Shown: positions 25,100 to 37,980 of the stretch, piece by piece
How the letters are laid out: every line of letters begins with the position of its first letter
Numbering within the stretch: the stretch's first letter is position 1
Origin: Felis catus
Lineage: Eukaryota
Length of the DNA stretch: 64,000 bases
Direction of reading: 5' to 3'
Assembly (NCBI RefSeq): GCF_018350175.1
Contig: NC_058368.1
Location: 119,662,001-119,726,000, forward strand
The notes under the pieces: generated by a model
What the model was told of the DNA's origin: nothing
Database searches by the model: none
The model's input: the letters and a program-made list of their open reading frames with translations, nothing else
Program-made: the position numbers and the translations under genes

Positions 25100-25810
25100 A
25101 TTTATCCTCTCTCGAACCTAGTCCAGCCACCAGGATCTATCACCTGGATCCCTGCCATGTTTTCCTAACTCATTGCTATACAACCAGTCTTGCTTCCCTA
25201 TAATCCATTATCTCTCCCAGCAAGCTAAACTCAACTTTAAAAATCAAATGACTTCCCATCATACTTAGAATGAAATTCAAGCTCCTACTGTGGTACATGG
25301 GGCCCTGCCCAATTTGACCCCTGTCTGCTTCTCAGACCTGCATTCTCATTTCTGTTCACTGGCTCCTACTCTCTGGCTTCCTTGGTTCCCTGAACAAGCC
25401 AAGCTTAGTCTCACCTCAGACATATGAGCTTTTGTTCCTGCCATTCCATTAGTCTAGAGCATGCTGTTCTCAGAATTTTACATGGCTGTTTTCTTGACTC
25501 AGCTCAAATATCACTTCCTCAAAGACTTCCAGCCTGTAGTGCCCCATCCTTTTCTCTTTGACTCCCCACTCCCAGCCCAAGATATTCTTTTCATATCAGC
25601 TGGTTCTATTTTATTTATTACCCATATCACAATTTGAGATTATCTTGCTCATTTGTTTACTTGTTCAAGATCTATATTCCTTGCCTAGAATGGAAGTTCT
25701 ATGAGGTCAAGAATCATGTCTATTTCATTCACCTCTAGGTCCCCAATACATAGAGTTTGCTGCACCTGGTTCATGGTAAATCCTCAGTAATTTCTTGTTG
25801 AACATATGAA
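25100..25810 (+). mobile_element. L2 LINE 3' fragment
   Basis: cagctcaaatatcacttcctc, ctagaatggaagttctatgagg and tttcttgttgaa are degenerate L2 3'-end motifs. Confidence 0.6.
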
Positions 25811-28800
25811 TCTGGGTAAGAAGTAAAGAAGAAGGGAAAGACGGTTGAACTGGAAGAGAAGAGATATTTGAAAGAATTAGAGACAAGATAAAGTGGATAG
25901 GTTTGATTATTGGGTATCAGGAGCCAATGGAAGGAGGGGAATAGATAATGGGTTTCACTTGGACAGTAGAGAAAGGCCAGTGATGCCATCAACTCAGAGA
26001 GAAGTTGGTGGAATATAATGGATGGGAGTGGCCAACGGATATTTGGCTTTGGCCTTGAGTGTGAGATGCTGCTAGGTCTACGGAGGAAGCCCAGCAGGTA
26101 TATAGAAGTTGAAAAGAGGCCAAAGCGAAACATTTAGATTTTGGAGCCACTTGCATAGTGATGATAGTCCATGGAGACTGAATTTTGCCAACAAGGGAAA
26201 GTATGTAACTGGAAAGAAGAGAACTTTAAAAATGTGCAGATTTTTGTCCAAACATCCTTGTGTACAAGAATTCATGCTGGCACCAGTGACATCTAACAAA
26301 CGAGGAGCAAGGGCTGGAGTTTCATGGGACTGGGGATGGAGACACTAACAATTTGGCAGATAGAGACTGTGCCATTCAGGCAAGGAGAATGACAGCACTA
26401 CCATATGGTGCCCTCTGACCTGCCCAAAATATCTCTCTGTAGGAGGCTCTGAACCCTGAAGGGATCTGTGTGACTGCTCTGCTTCCTTCCCTTCAAATCC
26501 ATAAGGGGTCCAGAGAGAGAATCGGGTAAGCTTAATGATGCAGCTTCACCCTCTAATCTAGGCAATGAATAATGCAGAACAATTTGGGGGGAAAACATTA
26601 AGAAAAGCTGTATTTCTTGAGCACTCATGAACTAAGTACTCAATACATATTCTCTTATTTAGTCCTCGCAAAAACTCTAATAAAAAATGTCAATTAATAC
26701 CCATCTTACAGATGAGAAAACTGTGGCTCGAGAGGTAATGTAATTTTCCCAACTGTTAAATGATGGGGGTGGGATGAGATTCCAGAATGACCTGATCCCA
26801 AAGCCCACACTTTTAACCACGAGGCTTTAATGCTTCCCTATGTAGGAAATAATTGTTTTTAGTGCTTAAATTTTGTTTCCATATTCCTTTGTAAGTTTCT
26901 TTCCCTTTCCAAGTTGTGAATATTAGGTTAATACGTCAGGCAAACTTTTTTTTATAGTAGTGAAAGGTAGCCAAAATTACTCTGAGGTTGTCCTTTTGTG
27001 CTGAACAAAAGTAACTCATTCTTTTATTAGATCTCCTCTGTGTTACACAATTGCCTTAAAGAACTGCCATTGCTTACAGACAGTCTACTTTTCCAAACCC
27101 TTAGGATATCCTTAATTACAGGGCTCTTGGGGTATCTGAAATAGAAATAGTGTTTTGAATCTTCCTCCACCTCCACCCCCGAGTTTTAACTACAGGCATA
27201 TCCCGTTTATTGTGGAAACCTGCTCTTGGAAATGGTCATGTTAGTTAAATTGGTGCTCTATATGATTATTATGGCATGATAGAATGGAGATATGTAGCTG
27301 TTGTCATACTTTGGCAATTACCCTTCTTTCTCTTCAAGTCTCCTGAAGTTGTGCTATGCCTCTGCCCTAACATCTCTTCTTTTTGTCCTCAATACTGTTG
27401 TTAGCCAATCTTTCCAGGCTGCCGTGAGGCTTATGCTACTCTGCAGAATGTCAGAGGATTTCTCCCAGGCGACTTGTGTCTGCTGCTCTGGGTTTCTTAG
27501 CCTATCTCCTTGGAGGCACTGGGAGCTGTTGCAGTGAGGCCTACCTGCTGCCATCCAGGATCTTCCTCGATGTGTTGTAGAATCCTTAGCACTATCACTT
27601 GCATACTTTTTGTCTGCCGTCTTGAACCAGTGTCCATTGGCATGAAAGTAATGGCAGAAAGAGGGACCTGCTGGCGTAAGCACATGATTGGGAAAGGCCC
27701 CACAAATGGCTCTTAGTCCTCATTGGCTGAGAACCAAATATAAATTAGCTGTAGGGTCTAGTGCTGTAATGGGCATACAGTTATATCCGCATATAAAATA
27801 TTTCTGAGATCATCAGGATTCTAATGAATCAGCCCAGTTTGGGGCAGTTCTAAATGCATTCTAAATGAGCATCCCATAAATGTGTAGTGATGCAAAGTGG
27901 CACTTCCTTTAGTCCATCCATAATTTATTAATGGGCACTTTGTGCTAGGCATGATGTTCCTTAGAGTTTCAAAAAAAATGGCTTCATTCTGGTTCGCCCC
28001 ATGCCTCTCTCATGGAAATTCTTGCAGTTTTTTCCAACAGCAATCACCGCCTCCTCCATGCTGCAGTAATCAGCCTCCACATTGGAGTTGCAGGGTTTCC
28101 CTTTATTTCACCCTGCTGGATTATCAGCTTGCAGAGGGTAAGACTCATGCCTGATGAATCTTCGCCTCTTCTACAATGTCTAACATAGTTCTTTGTACAA
28201 ATATATATGTAAATACTTGAGTAAATGGATGAAGATAAATGACATGAAGTAGGAGAGGGATTTTCAAGGAGTTTAAAGCTTCTTTTGTTGGACTCCCTCA
28301 ACCTCAGCTGTTGTTACTAATTTGGTGTCTGGGGAAGGACTCTTTGTTGGCTCTGATTAGCCAGTGGTTCTGCAGGTGAACTTTTTTGAGAGGAGGGGGT
28401 TATTATTGTGAAGCTCTGAGGTTTTCAACCTAGAATTTATTGGTCACTTTCATTGGGCAGTTTCTTTCTTTACACTTATAGGCATAAATATCCACGGGAA
28501 AAATGGCACTATAAGGAGTGCATTTGCTTCCTCTCTTTGGTGAAAATAAGGAATCCATCACTTCTCCATCCCTGGCCCTTTTATCTAATTTTTCATCTTA
28601 ATTTATTATTTTATCCGATATCCCATTTAGGGGTAATCTTGGCCTCTGTGTCCACTATGATGGCACTTCAACAACAGAGATGTATGTAACCACTTTCAAA
28701 ACCTCATTTACATATATGAAAAATTCAAAGGGTTGGTAAGGACACACCAGATTGGATCCAGTTTCTATCGGATACATAAATCTTTTTTTGTGTCACTCCA

Positions 28801-29128
28801 TTTGTTCATAGGCATTCTTTTTCCTGATGAATGGCAACCATATTTCTCAGAAAGATAGATGACATTGTCTCCATCTCAAACAATTACCTGATATCCTCTG
28901 GCAGCCATTGGAACCACACATTGCAAACCAGGCTGTCATTTCCAGAGACCCTAGGGTAATGGTGAGATGCGCTTGAGGCTCAGATCATTGTCTGTAAAGG
29001 TAACATACAATTTCTTTGGCAGAATTTCTTTGGCAGAAACTGTGCAAATCTGCATTCTACAGCAAAGAGTGATGTTTCCCAACTCGTGTTTGAATTGTGT
29101 GCCATAGCCCTTTAAATTGTGTGCCCAG

Positions 29129-29357
29129 GGGGCGCCTGGGTGGCGCAGTCGGTTAAGCGTCCCACTTCAGCCAGGTCACGATCTCGCGGTCCGTGAGTTC
29201 GAGCCCCGCGTCGGGCTCTGGGCTGATGGCTCAGAGCCTGGAGCCTGTTTCCGATTCTGTGTCTCCCTCTCTCTCTGCCCCTCCCCCGTTCATGCTCTGT
29301 CTCTCTCTGTCCCAAAAATAAATAAAAAACGTTGAAAAAAAAAATTAAAAAAAAAAA
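29129..29357 (+). mobile_element. Very young feline SINE (SINEC_Fc) with perfect 16-bp TSD
   Basis: Many CpGs retained (GGGGCGCCTGGGTGGCGCAGTCGGTTAAGCG...GTTCGAGCCCCGCGTCGGG). TSD taaattgtgtgcccag at 29113-29128 and 29358-29373. Confidence 0.97.
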
Positions 29358-31532
29358 TAAATTGTGTGCCCAGTATGTGTGTTGTATAGGTCAACTACTA
29401 CTGGGTCTTTCAACTCCACACTCCACTCCACACACATTTTTGGAAGGGAAGCAGAATGACTGACACATAAAATGGCTGTATTAGAGTTGCCTGGTATCTT
29501 TTCAAGTTGCTTTTTTAAAGTAAATCATACTTTTCTAGATCTATGCATTTTTTTTTATTGTTCTGGGGGAGAGTCTTGTCCCAAAAGTAGTTTCTTATTT
29601 CTAGAATCTTCTAAATTCTGCAACATAAACACATAAATGTGTATTACTCATTCTTTTGGATTCATGAAGGGCTAATTCTCGAATGCTGAGATACAAACTT
29701 TTATTTTTCATCTCTGAAATCATTCTCCCATTTGGAACCAACATTTCCAAAGTAAAGAAAATTAGACACACCACATAAGATGGGCTTTTGCTGTATCCAG
29801 CTAAAATTTCTGGATACTTTTGTTCCAGTTGGTAGTTTGTCCATTTATTCATTATTTGTGTATTCAGTCGTTCACTTCATAATTCTAACAGTCCTTGGAC
29901 AAATACTTATGGAGCACTTACACTGTGTCTGGCATGGAACCAGGATTGCAATATAGTGGTAATCTGTGCTAGGAATGTGTTGTTGCTCTGTGCAATGCCA
30001 AATCCAAATATTGGGCATATTTAGTAAAAGGTATTTGGTAAAAGATATTTAGTAAAAGGAGCTATATGACTGGGTAGTTAAAAGGGGGGGGATTGTGATC
30101 AGGCAGGTTTGGTGTGACCTGCTGTTAATAATTCAGCCTCTTGGAGCTTCTTTTAATTCTCCCTACAATGCCGACAGTTCAAGATTGCTACAAGAGTTGA
30201 AAGAGATAATGTATGAGAAGTTGTCTGGTAGTCAAGGTCAGTTTTATTTGTTAATTTTATTAGTGTATTTGGCCACAGGCACAGACATGGATATTTTAAG
30301 AAATTGGCATCAATAAAAATTTGAAACTGGAAACTTTGTCATTTCTTACTCTTCTTGTTGGGGTGTTCCTTTTAATGGCTCTTTTTTCATTCCAGTTTGA
30401 CTCCACACTGAGTCTGTGCATGATCCGTTTGCAATGGTGAGTTCATAAAGCCTGTTTTGTTTTTTTTTTTTTTTTGCAGCCAGTTTATTTCTCTGGACTT
30501 GACCAAATGAAAAGGTCCCTCCTAGCCTGGAGAACTCAGTGTGTTGTTAAATAAACCAAAATCAGCTGCCGTATTTTCCCAACCAACAGCTTGTTCCAAT
30601 ATGACCCTTCCGACTTCTTAACATATCATTTTCTTGGGCTAACTTGAGGATACACTCTTGCTCCTGCAATTAAATTCAACAAATACATAGAGAGCGCCTT
30701 CAAAATATGATCTCCTGTGCTACTGGTTGGGGGATAGCAAGATGAATGATAAATTATCTCTGCCCCATGGATTTCTTGCAAACAACTCAAAAAGCAAGGA
30801 AAGAAGTGCTCTGGATACCAAATGGTATTTCAGAGCATACATGAAACCCCTGGCTTTGACTTTTCAAGTCTTCTAATAAAACAATTCAATATTGTTCCTT
30901 GAACTAAGTCTTTCCATTTGTTAGTTGGTCTTTGTCCTTCTGTCCTCGTGCTGTGCCCCATGGGCAGATGCCACTGGCAAGACTCATTTCAACCTGTGAG
31001 AATGACATGTTTGGATTTAGTTGTAAAAAATGCCTTCCACAAACCAATTGCTACACCAAAGTGTCTGTGCTGAATCACTGTAAAATGATGTGAGATATTT
31101 TGAATGAGCCAGCCTGTTCATTTGCTTTCCTCCATTCATCATCCTTTGAAAAATGTAGCCACTTATGAAGGCAGGAGAGTATGTTTTTAAATGAACTAAT
31201 TGTCCATCTCCAAGGACAAATGTGCTTAGAGTTCAGGTATCACTTTCCTTTCTTCTGTTCCCCTGCTTGAAGGAAGAAGCAGACTTTCAGAAAACGCATC
31301 GGTCACATCACCAGCGTTAATGATTAATGTGGTATCCTTCCATCCACTCATTCACACAGACCCGTGGGGTAGGCACAGGGAGTGGAGGGAAGAGGGGCAG
31401 AGAAGGTGACTGAGCCAAACATAAATATAACCACACTGCCCATTACTTATTAAACATTTGCTATATTCCAAGCACTTTCAGCCCATTATCTCTAATCCTT
31501 ATATCAATCCTGTAAAGTACATATTTTTATTT

Positions 31533-31741
31533 CTTTTTTTTTAATGTTTATTTTTGAGAGAAAGAGAGAGAGAGCGCGATCAGAGTAGGGGCAGAGAGAG
31601 AGTGAGACACAGAATCTGAAGCAGGGTCCAGGCTCTGTGCTGTTAGCACAGAGCCCAACGTGGGGCCCGAACACACGAACCAAGAGATCACGACCTAAGC
31701 TGAAGTTGGATGCTTAACCAACTGAATCACCCAGATGCCCC
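31533..31741 (-). mobile_element. Carnivore SINE inserted in a MIR
   Basis: Reverse-complement SINE with MIR-like sequence on both sides (31440-31530, 31750-31860). Confidence 0.88.
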
Positions 31742-34700
31742 TTGATTTCTAATATATACATAAGGAGAATATCTTGGGAGAGGTACAGTAATTAGCTCAT
31801 GATCCTAGAGCTGGTAGGTACCTCTTTCAAACCTGGATCTGCCTGATCCTAACGCCTGCTCTTTTCCATTGTAACCAGGATTTTCAAGCTCTATTTCCTG
31901 CAAGTTGCTGCAGGGGGGTTAATAAATTCCATTTATGCATGTATAAAACTATTCAGAAAAAAATTAAAATGCATTCTAGAGACCAGTGACATATTGTTGC
32001 AATTTCTGACTGATTTTTTTAAATAACTGTTTTTGAACTTAAGACCTAAGTTCGTTCTGTTTTGACTGCTTGCACTTGCTGCGTATTTTGGAAAGATGAC
32101 AGAGAAGTGGTTTGAAAAATGGGTTTCCTAGGTAGGAGATGAAAGGTTGACAGTTACTGGCCTACAAATTACTCTACTCCTTTACCAAGAGATATATTGT
32201 ATAATGTAGAGCAAACATAATAAGGACTAAGCTGACAAGTGTAATAAAACATATGTAACAAGCATCATACAGCAAATAATACAGCATGGGTAAGCAGACT
32301 GTTAGGAAAAGGACTGTAGGGAGAAGCAAGAGTAGACATCTTTTGTTTTTTATAGCTGTTTCTAAAATATTGCTTGTGTATTTGCTGGCATTAATTGCTT
32401 GGCAGTTGGGCAGCTATGTTCTATTTTCCCCCTCATCTCCCACCAAGTCTGTATTCCACACTGCTGAGATCACAGTTTCAAAGTACATACGTATGGGTTG
32501 GCTTTACTCAACTCCATGGACAAATTGTGCACTCCTAACTTTGACCATGTGCCCCAGAAAAGCTTCCTAGTTTTGAAGGGAAACCTACAAGGTGGCCACG
32601 CATCCACACCTACTACAGAAATGTGTACCATCTTTTCTGTGTCACATGCGCATATAAAAAACCTTAGACCCTGCTAATATAGTCAATAATGCCACCTTCA
32701 TACTTGAATAGCAGTACTTTCTGTTCAGATCAGCATAAAAATTTTTGAAAGCCCAGGTCTTAAAAGGATGATTCCCTTGGAAGAACTGTATTCTACAGAC
32801 TTCCTTTCAGAGGCATCATGGTGACATGAACGGCTTTAGCTATCATATATGTATTTTATGAGAGTATAGTTCAAGAATGTTTTCAGGAGAGACCAAGAGA
32901 AATGACTTAGACTGAACGTTTGCAGTTATGTAAACCTTGTAGGTGGATCGGAGGCTTCAGTGGGTAACCGCCAAGGGTTTCCCTTTCCAACTTTAAGATT
33001 ATGCTCATTTAATCCAAATTCATTCTTGCAAGGTGTTATGTTAACAAGATTGCTGTTTGCTGCTTCTTCCTCTGTTTCTTCCATAGCAAATTATTGCCTG
33101 GTAGGTCTCTGAAGATTTGGTGGCTGTATTTCATCATCACTTTGCTGTCAGTCACAGTATCTCTATAAAGGGAGATGGGTTCATTTTGTAGACAAGGAAG
33201 CAGAGGCCACCCTGAGGTTAAGTGGTTTGTCCAAAACATATGTGAACTATATAGCACCCAAAGCTCAATAGAGCTGCAGGCATCTTTCTGCAAATAAGAA
33301 GCAGTGCTCAAGAATCTAGGAGTTTTTAATCTTTGCCTTCCTTGGTATGATTTTGAGTATGAATGTGTGTTGTATGCGTTTGAGCTCAGAGATTCTCTCG
33401 AATTCAACTTTGTATCTTGAGTACCCAGCACTGTGCTGGACACAACATAGGCAGTTATTAAATCCATGTGGCATGAATGAAAGGGTACCACGAATGTAAA
33501 CTGGTATGGCAGAAGATAGTGGCATTTTCATTTTTAACCACTGTGGTACTATTTTCAGCTCCCCGTTCGGCCAACCCCATCTCCCCCAGCAAATCCTGAA
33601 ATCCCCTCATTATTAATACACATGTGTATAACAAACAATGATCCTTACCTACACCTGCATCGTGAGAAGAACAAAGATTTTGGAAGTAGAACTGAATTTC
33701 AATCTTTGGGCATCTTTTGTAACTTATTTATGCCTCAACTTGAGTCTAACAACAACAAATGCAGTTGCTTCTGCCACTACCAGGGGCACTACTGGTATTT
33801 AGTAAGCACACGCCTAGGGCCAGAGAGTATGCGGGGGGTCTTACATGCATCATAGTTTTTCATCTGCACAACACACCGGGGAGGTGGGTCTTCGTATCTT
33901 CATTGTACCTTGGCTCTGAGACACTGAGCCTCTTGTCCGATGTCCCACAGCCATCAGGCAGAGCTGGAAGAGGGATGATGTCTGTTGTGAGTTCTCGGTG
34001 GTTGGCACTCTGTAACCAGTAGCTATTACAATGATGGTGATAATGCAGGAGTCCTTGGGGCACGTTACACAATGAGTGCACAGCATTTCAGTATACGTTT
34101 ATGAGAGCATTCCCTCCCTGGTAACAAAGACAGTCAGCATAAAACTGATCTCTGCTTGAGGGGAGAAGAAACTTAAGGATGTGTTAGAAGGTAAGGATGT
34201 GGGAAGTGAACACATTATTCCAAGATTAAAATTGTCCTTTTGAGAATATACTCTTCAACATTCAGCTACGGGGGTGTATGAAGGTAGGGAACAGGAAACA
34301 GGCTAAGACACATTTTATCAACTCCTCAATTTACCCATAGTGTATCTTGATGTGCTAGAGTCTTGAATATTACAAAGAACAGGATGAAACATTCTTTCTT
34401 ACTCTTCCCCTTAGAGAAATCTGTTGCTGTGTGTTCGGTCTTTGGGCCGAGTGTGGCATCCCACAGTGTTTCAGGGGAGAGCTGCCAGAAGAGAACAATA
34501 ACACTAGCTGTGTTATCTGCTGACACGGAGGACAGATATACGCTTACAGCCTAGACTTGGCTTCTTGCCTCTTGTTAAGGCACCAAGCAGCTGGGCTCAC
34601 TGACAGCCTCCCTGAGACACAGGCGCTTACTCCAGCACTATTTAAATCTCTCTATATGGTGTATTGCTTTGTTTCCTTCAAGCCCGTTATCTCCTTAATC

Positions 34701-35763
34701 TCACTTCTCATTTGTTTGCATCCCTAGCCTAAAGGAATAAGAAAATGTATTCATCAGAAGATGCTAACCCAGGATCTGCAGACGCCAGGTGAATAGGCTT
34801 CAGGCCAATCTGGAACCAAATCCCTGACCTCTCAAAAGATGAGAGAGATACCCAAGCACTGTTGATTTCTGGAGGCTCTAGGTAGATTAAAAAGTAAATA
34901 TACCTAAAGAGGGTTAACAAAACAGTCATGTATTTCCAACAATTTAACATCATAAATTAACATTTTAAGCCCCAAAACATAAAGCAATACAACTGTGCAA
35001 AGCACAGGACACTTACAGTATTTATTAAACAATATGAATTCAGAGTGCATCTCAGGTGATGTGGTCCAATATGGGTCATGAGGTGAAGGTTATCTGGTGA
35101 ATGTTTTATTTTTTCAATCCTCAGAGTGTGTCTGTGTGAGTGTGTATGTAATCTCATTTCAAAAAGAAGGTTCACTGTCAAAATTCAAGGAGTTCTGGGA
35201 ATGTAAGTCTCTGCCCACATTGCTCCCTGGTTCCTCTTTTTATTCGGACCTTTCTGAGAGGCTCTGCCCCTGACGTTGAATGCAAACTTTTAGTCTTGTT
35301 TATTTATTTTCTAGATTTCTTAAGATTCTCCAGCCAGTCCATTATCCAAAAGAGGTTAAGAACTACTTGTCTCAAAAATAGCCTAACCTTTGAAACCCAG
35401 ACCAACGAACAAAACTCCTCAATTTTTAAATTCAGAATCCTCTTATTTAAATGGTAAGATCTTTTGGACTTGCAATTTAACTGAATATTGAAAACTCTTT
35501 AAAATGACCTGCCATTTTTTTCCCCCAAATGTGTAGCCTTGAAATTCTTGTTTCCTTTATTTGCTTCCACTCTATCCCTATTCTAGAATACGTGCACTTA
35601 AAAAAAGGACACTGGTCATACTGAATTGGCAGTGGTCTAACCCTTCCTCCCCGCCCCCTACTCCACAGCTGTGTGACTTTGTGGAAGTTCTTTCCCTCTC
35701 TGGTCCTCAGATTCCGTATCTCTGAGATAGTAATTCCTATTTCTCAAGTTCTTTTGAGCTTTA

Positions 35764-35971
35764 ATTTTTTTTAATGTTCATTTATTATGGAGAGACAGAG
35801 AGAGCATGAGCACAGGAGGGGCAGAGAGAGGAGGAGGCACAGAATTGGAAGCAAGCTCCAGGCTCCGAGCTGTCAGTACAGAGCCCAATGCGGGGCTCAA
35901 ACCCACAAACCATGAGATCACGACCTGAGCTGAAGCTGGACGCCCAACCGACTGAGCCACCCAGACACCCC
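35764..35971 (-). mobile_element. Carnivore SINE with TSD
   Basis: Flanks tcaagttcttttgagcttta / tcaagttcctttgagcttta. Confidence 0.93.
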
Positions 35972-37539
35972 TCAAGTTCCTTTGAGCTTTAAAAGGCTAT
36001 GGTTTTTCTCATTCCTGTTCCCCACTTCCTGCCCAACTGTCCCCAAAATATTTTAACACTCAATCTCCAAAGTTGTTGTCATGGCGTTTTGCCTATTCTG
36101 TTAGAAATAAAATGAAGCATTTGCTTGTTTTTAACTAGGACAAACCCAGTACTTAGTGAGCATAGACTAAGACTCATTTCTTTCCTTGTTCTGTTGGCAG
36201 CTAACTTTTTATTCTGTCATCATGGTGAATAGTGTGTGTCTAATAATACTTAAACCAATACAAAAACTTTAAAATAAAGAAAAAAATCTAACTTTTGGCT
36301 CAGGTTAAGTGGTCAATTACAGATCTGCACTGATAGTTTATAGACACTAGATGGCGATACAATTGCACCAAATAATAAACATTTCCTTGATTGGTCCAGC
36401 ATTAAAATCCCAATGATTGAGGCCAGAACAGGTTAATACATTAGTTAAAGGAAAAAAGTCAAATATAATCAGGTGTTGGAGTGTTAGCTAACACTCTGAA
36501 TGTGTTCAGTAACCTGATACTTATTGAAAGAACAGATTGTTAAACTAGAAATTAATTTATCCTGCTGTTGAGTCTATCTTTAAGCTACTTCTCAGGGCAA
36601 GAGTTGGCAATAACACATGATCCCTTAAAATGTATCTAATTCATACTTTTGTCTCCATTTTTGGTTTTCATTTTTTTAAAGTAGCAATTATTTGGGATGG
36701 AGTTTGCCTCACATATATTATTCATAGATGAAATGCTATATTCTGATTAGGAGTGTAAGTCCTAAGACACTGGCATTTTAAAGGAGAAATGGCCGACTTA
36801 CTGTAAGCTGTTGGCTGGGCCATTATTGACTGGCGGGATGGACTGGAAGCACTTTGTTAGTGGATTAGGTTGCCCTGGAAATGCCTTCCTGAAACTATAA
36901 TGATGCACTTAAGGAAGCCCTCTGGGACCTGAGTAAAATGTCTCTTAGCCGGGAGTGTCTTCCCCTGAAGTCCTCTTGGGATGAGTTGGGAGGGGCTGGG
37001 GATGTCCGAAGAGATGCTCAGTAAAGAAACAGCCCCAGAAAAAGGTTGCAGGTAACAATTTCTATCAGGTAAGCGAAGATAATGACTTACTGATGTAAAC
37101 TGTGGGCTTTCTGAGGGTATCAGTGCCTCATGCATGCTTTGGAAAGAGTATGGATAATTCCAGAGAGATTGTATTTATTTATTCATGCTGGGCAGGTGTG
37201 TGGGGGGGGAGAGGGATGAAGAAGAGGGAAAAAAAGAGGGCATCTGAATGAGGACATGGTTTAATCCCCTTTGATTTTAAAGAAAAGCCACTTTGTACCT
37301 TGATTATTGGGGTTCATTTGGTGTGCTTTTTTTCTTTAAAAAAAAAGCTTTTAGAGGGGAAATTTGTCCTTCAGCAAAAATTCAGTGCATGTGCAAAGAT
37401 TTGTTTGTGGATTTCCAAATGCATAATCATTTGTGTTTATGTCACCGCTGGGTTGGGGGGCTTATTTCTGGGGAATGGTGGTGGCGGTGGAGGTGTAAAG
37501 GCGGGAAGAAAAGGAAAAGCAAAGGCCCTTGCAAACTCC

Positions 37540-37980
37540 AGACTCGCGGACAGGACGCCCAGGGAAGTGGTTGCGCGGCGGCGCCGCGGCGCCGCGTCCC
37601 CGCGTCTCCGCCCCAAGCCTGGAGCTCGGGAGTCGCGTGCTGTGGCCAGTGCGCAGCGTCCCCGTGCAGTCCTGGCGACCTGTCACCGAGGACGACGTGA
37701 CTCGGAGCTTCCTCCGCTTTCTCCAAGCCCTATTCCTTTAAGATGATGTAATAGTCATTTCCCTGGATGGTATCTTGCCTGCACTGCTGAAACAACAGCA
37801 TCCGAACTGCACTGGGAACTGTGGAACCACCCAGCTCCGCCGCCAGCCGGAGAAGCCCGAGCTTGAGCCCCCTGCGGCCCCTCCGCGCTGCGGCGGCCGG
37901 CGGAGCGGCTCGCGGCGGTTCCCAGCGCCTCCCACCTGCCTGCGAACATGGGAGTCCGTTTGCCCTTGCCCGGCAGGTGG
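37540..37980 (+). promoter_or_regulatory. KCTD16: CpG island, probable proximal KCTD16 promoter / first exon
   Basis: Very high GC and CpG density (37545-37700 and 37835-37975), 1.2-1.6 kb upstream of the KCTD16 ATG, with a GC box CTCCGCCCC (~37606). Confidence 0.8.

Noticed and set aside
29129..29210. tRNA-like A/B boxes
   Set aside because: These are heads of tRNA-derived SINEs, not tRNA genes.
29009..30060. Short tandem duplications (aatttctttggcag x2 at ~29009; atatttagtaaaagg-like x3 at ~30017)
   Set aside because: Ordinary slippage duplications with no further structure.
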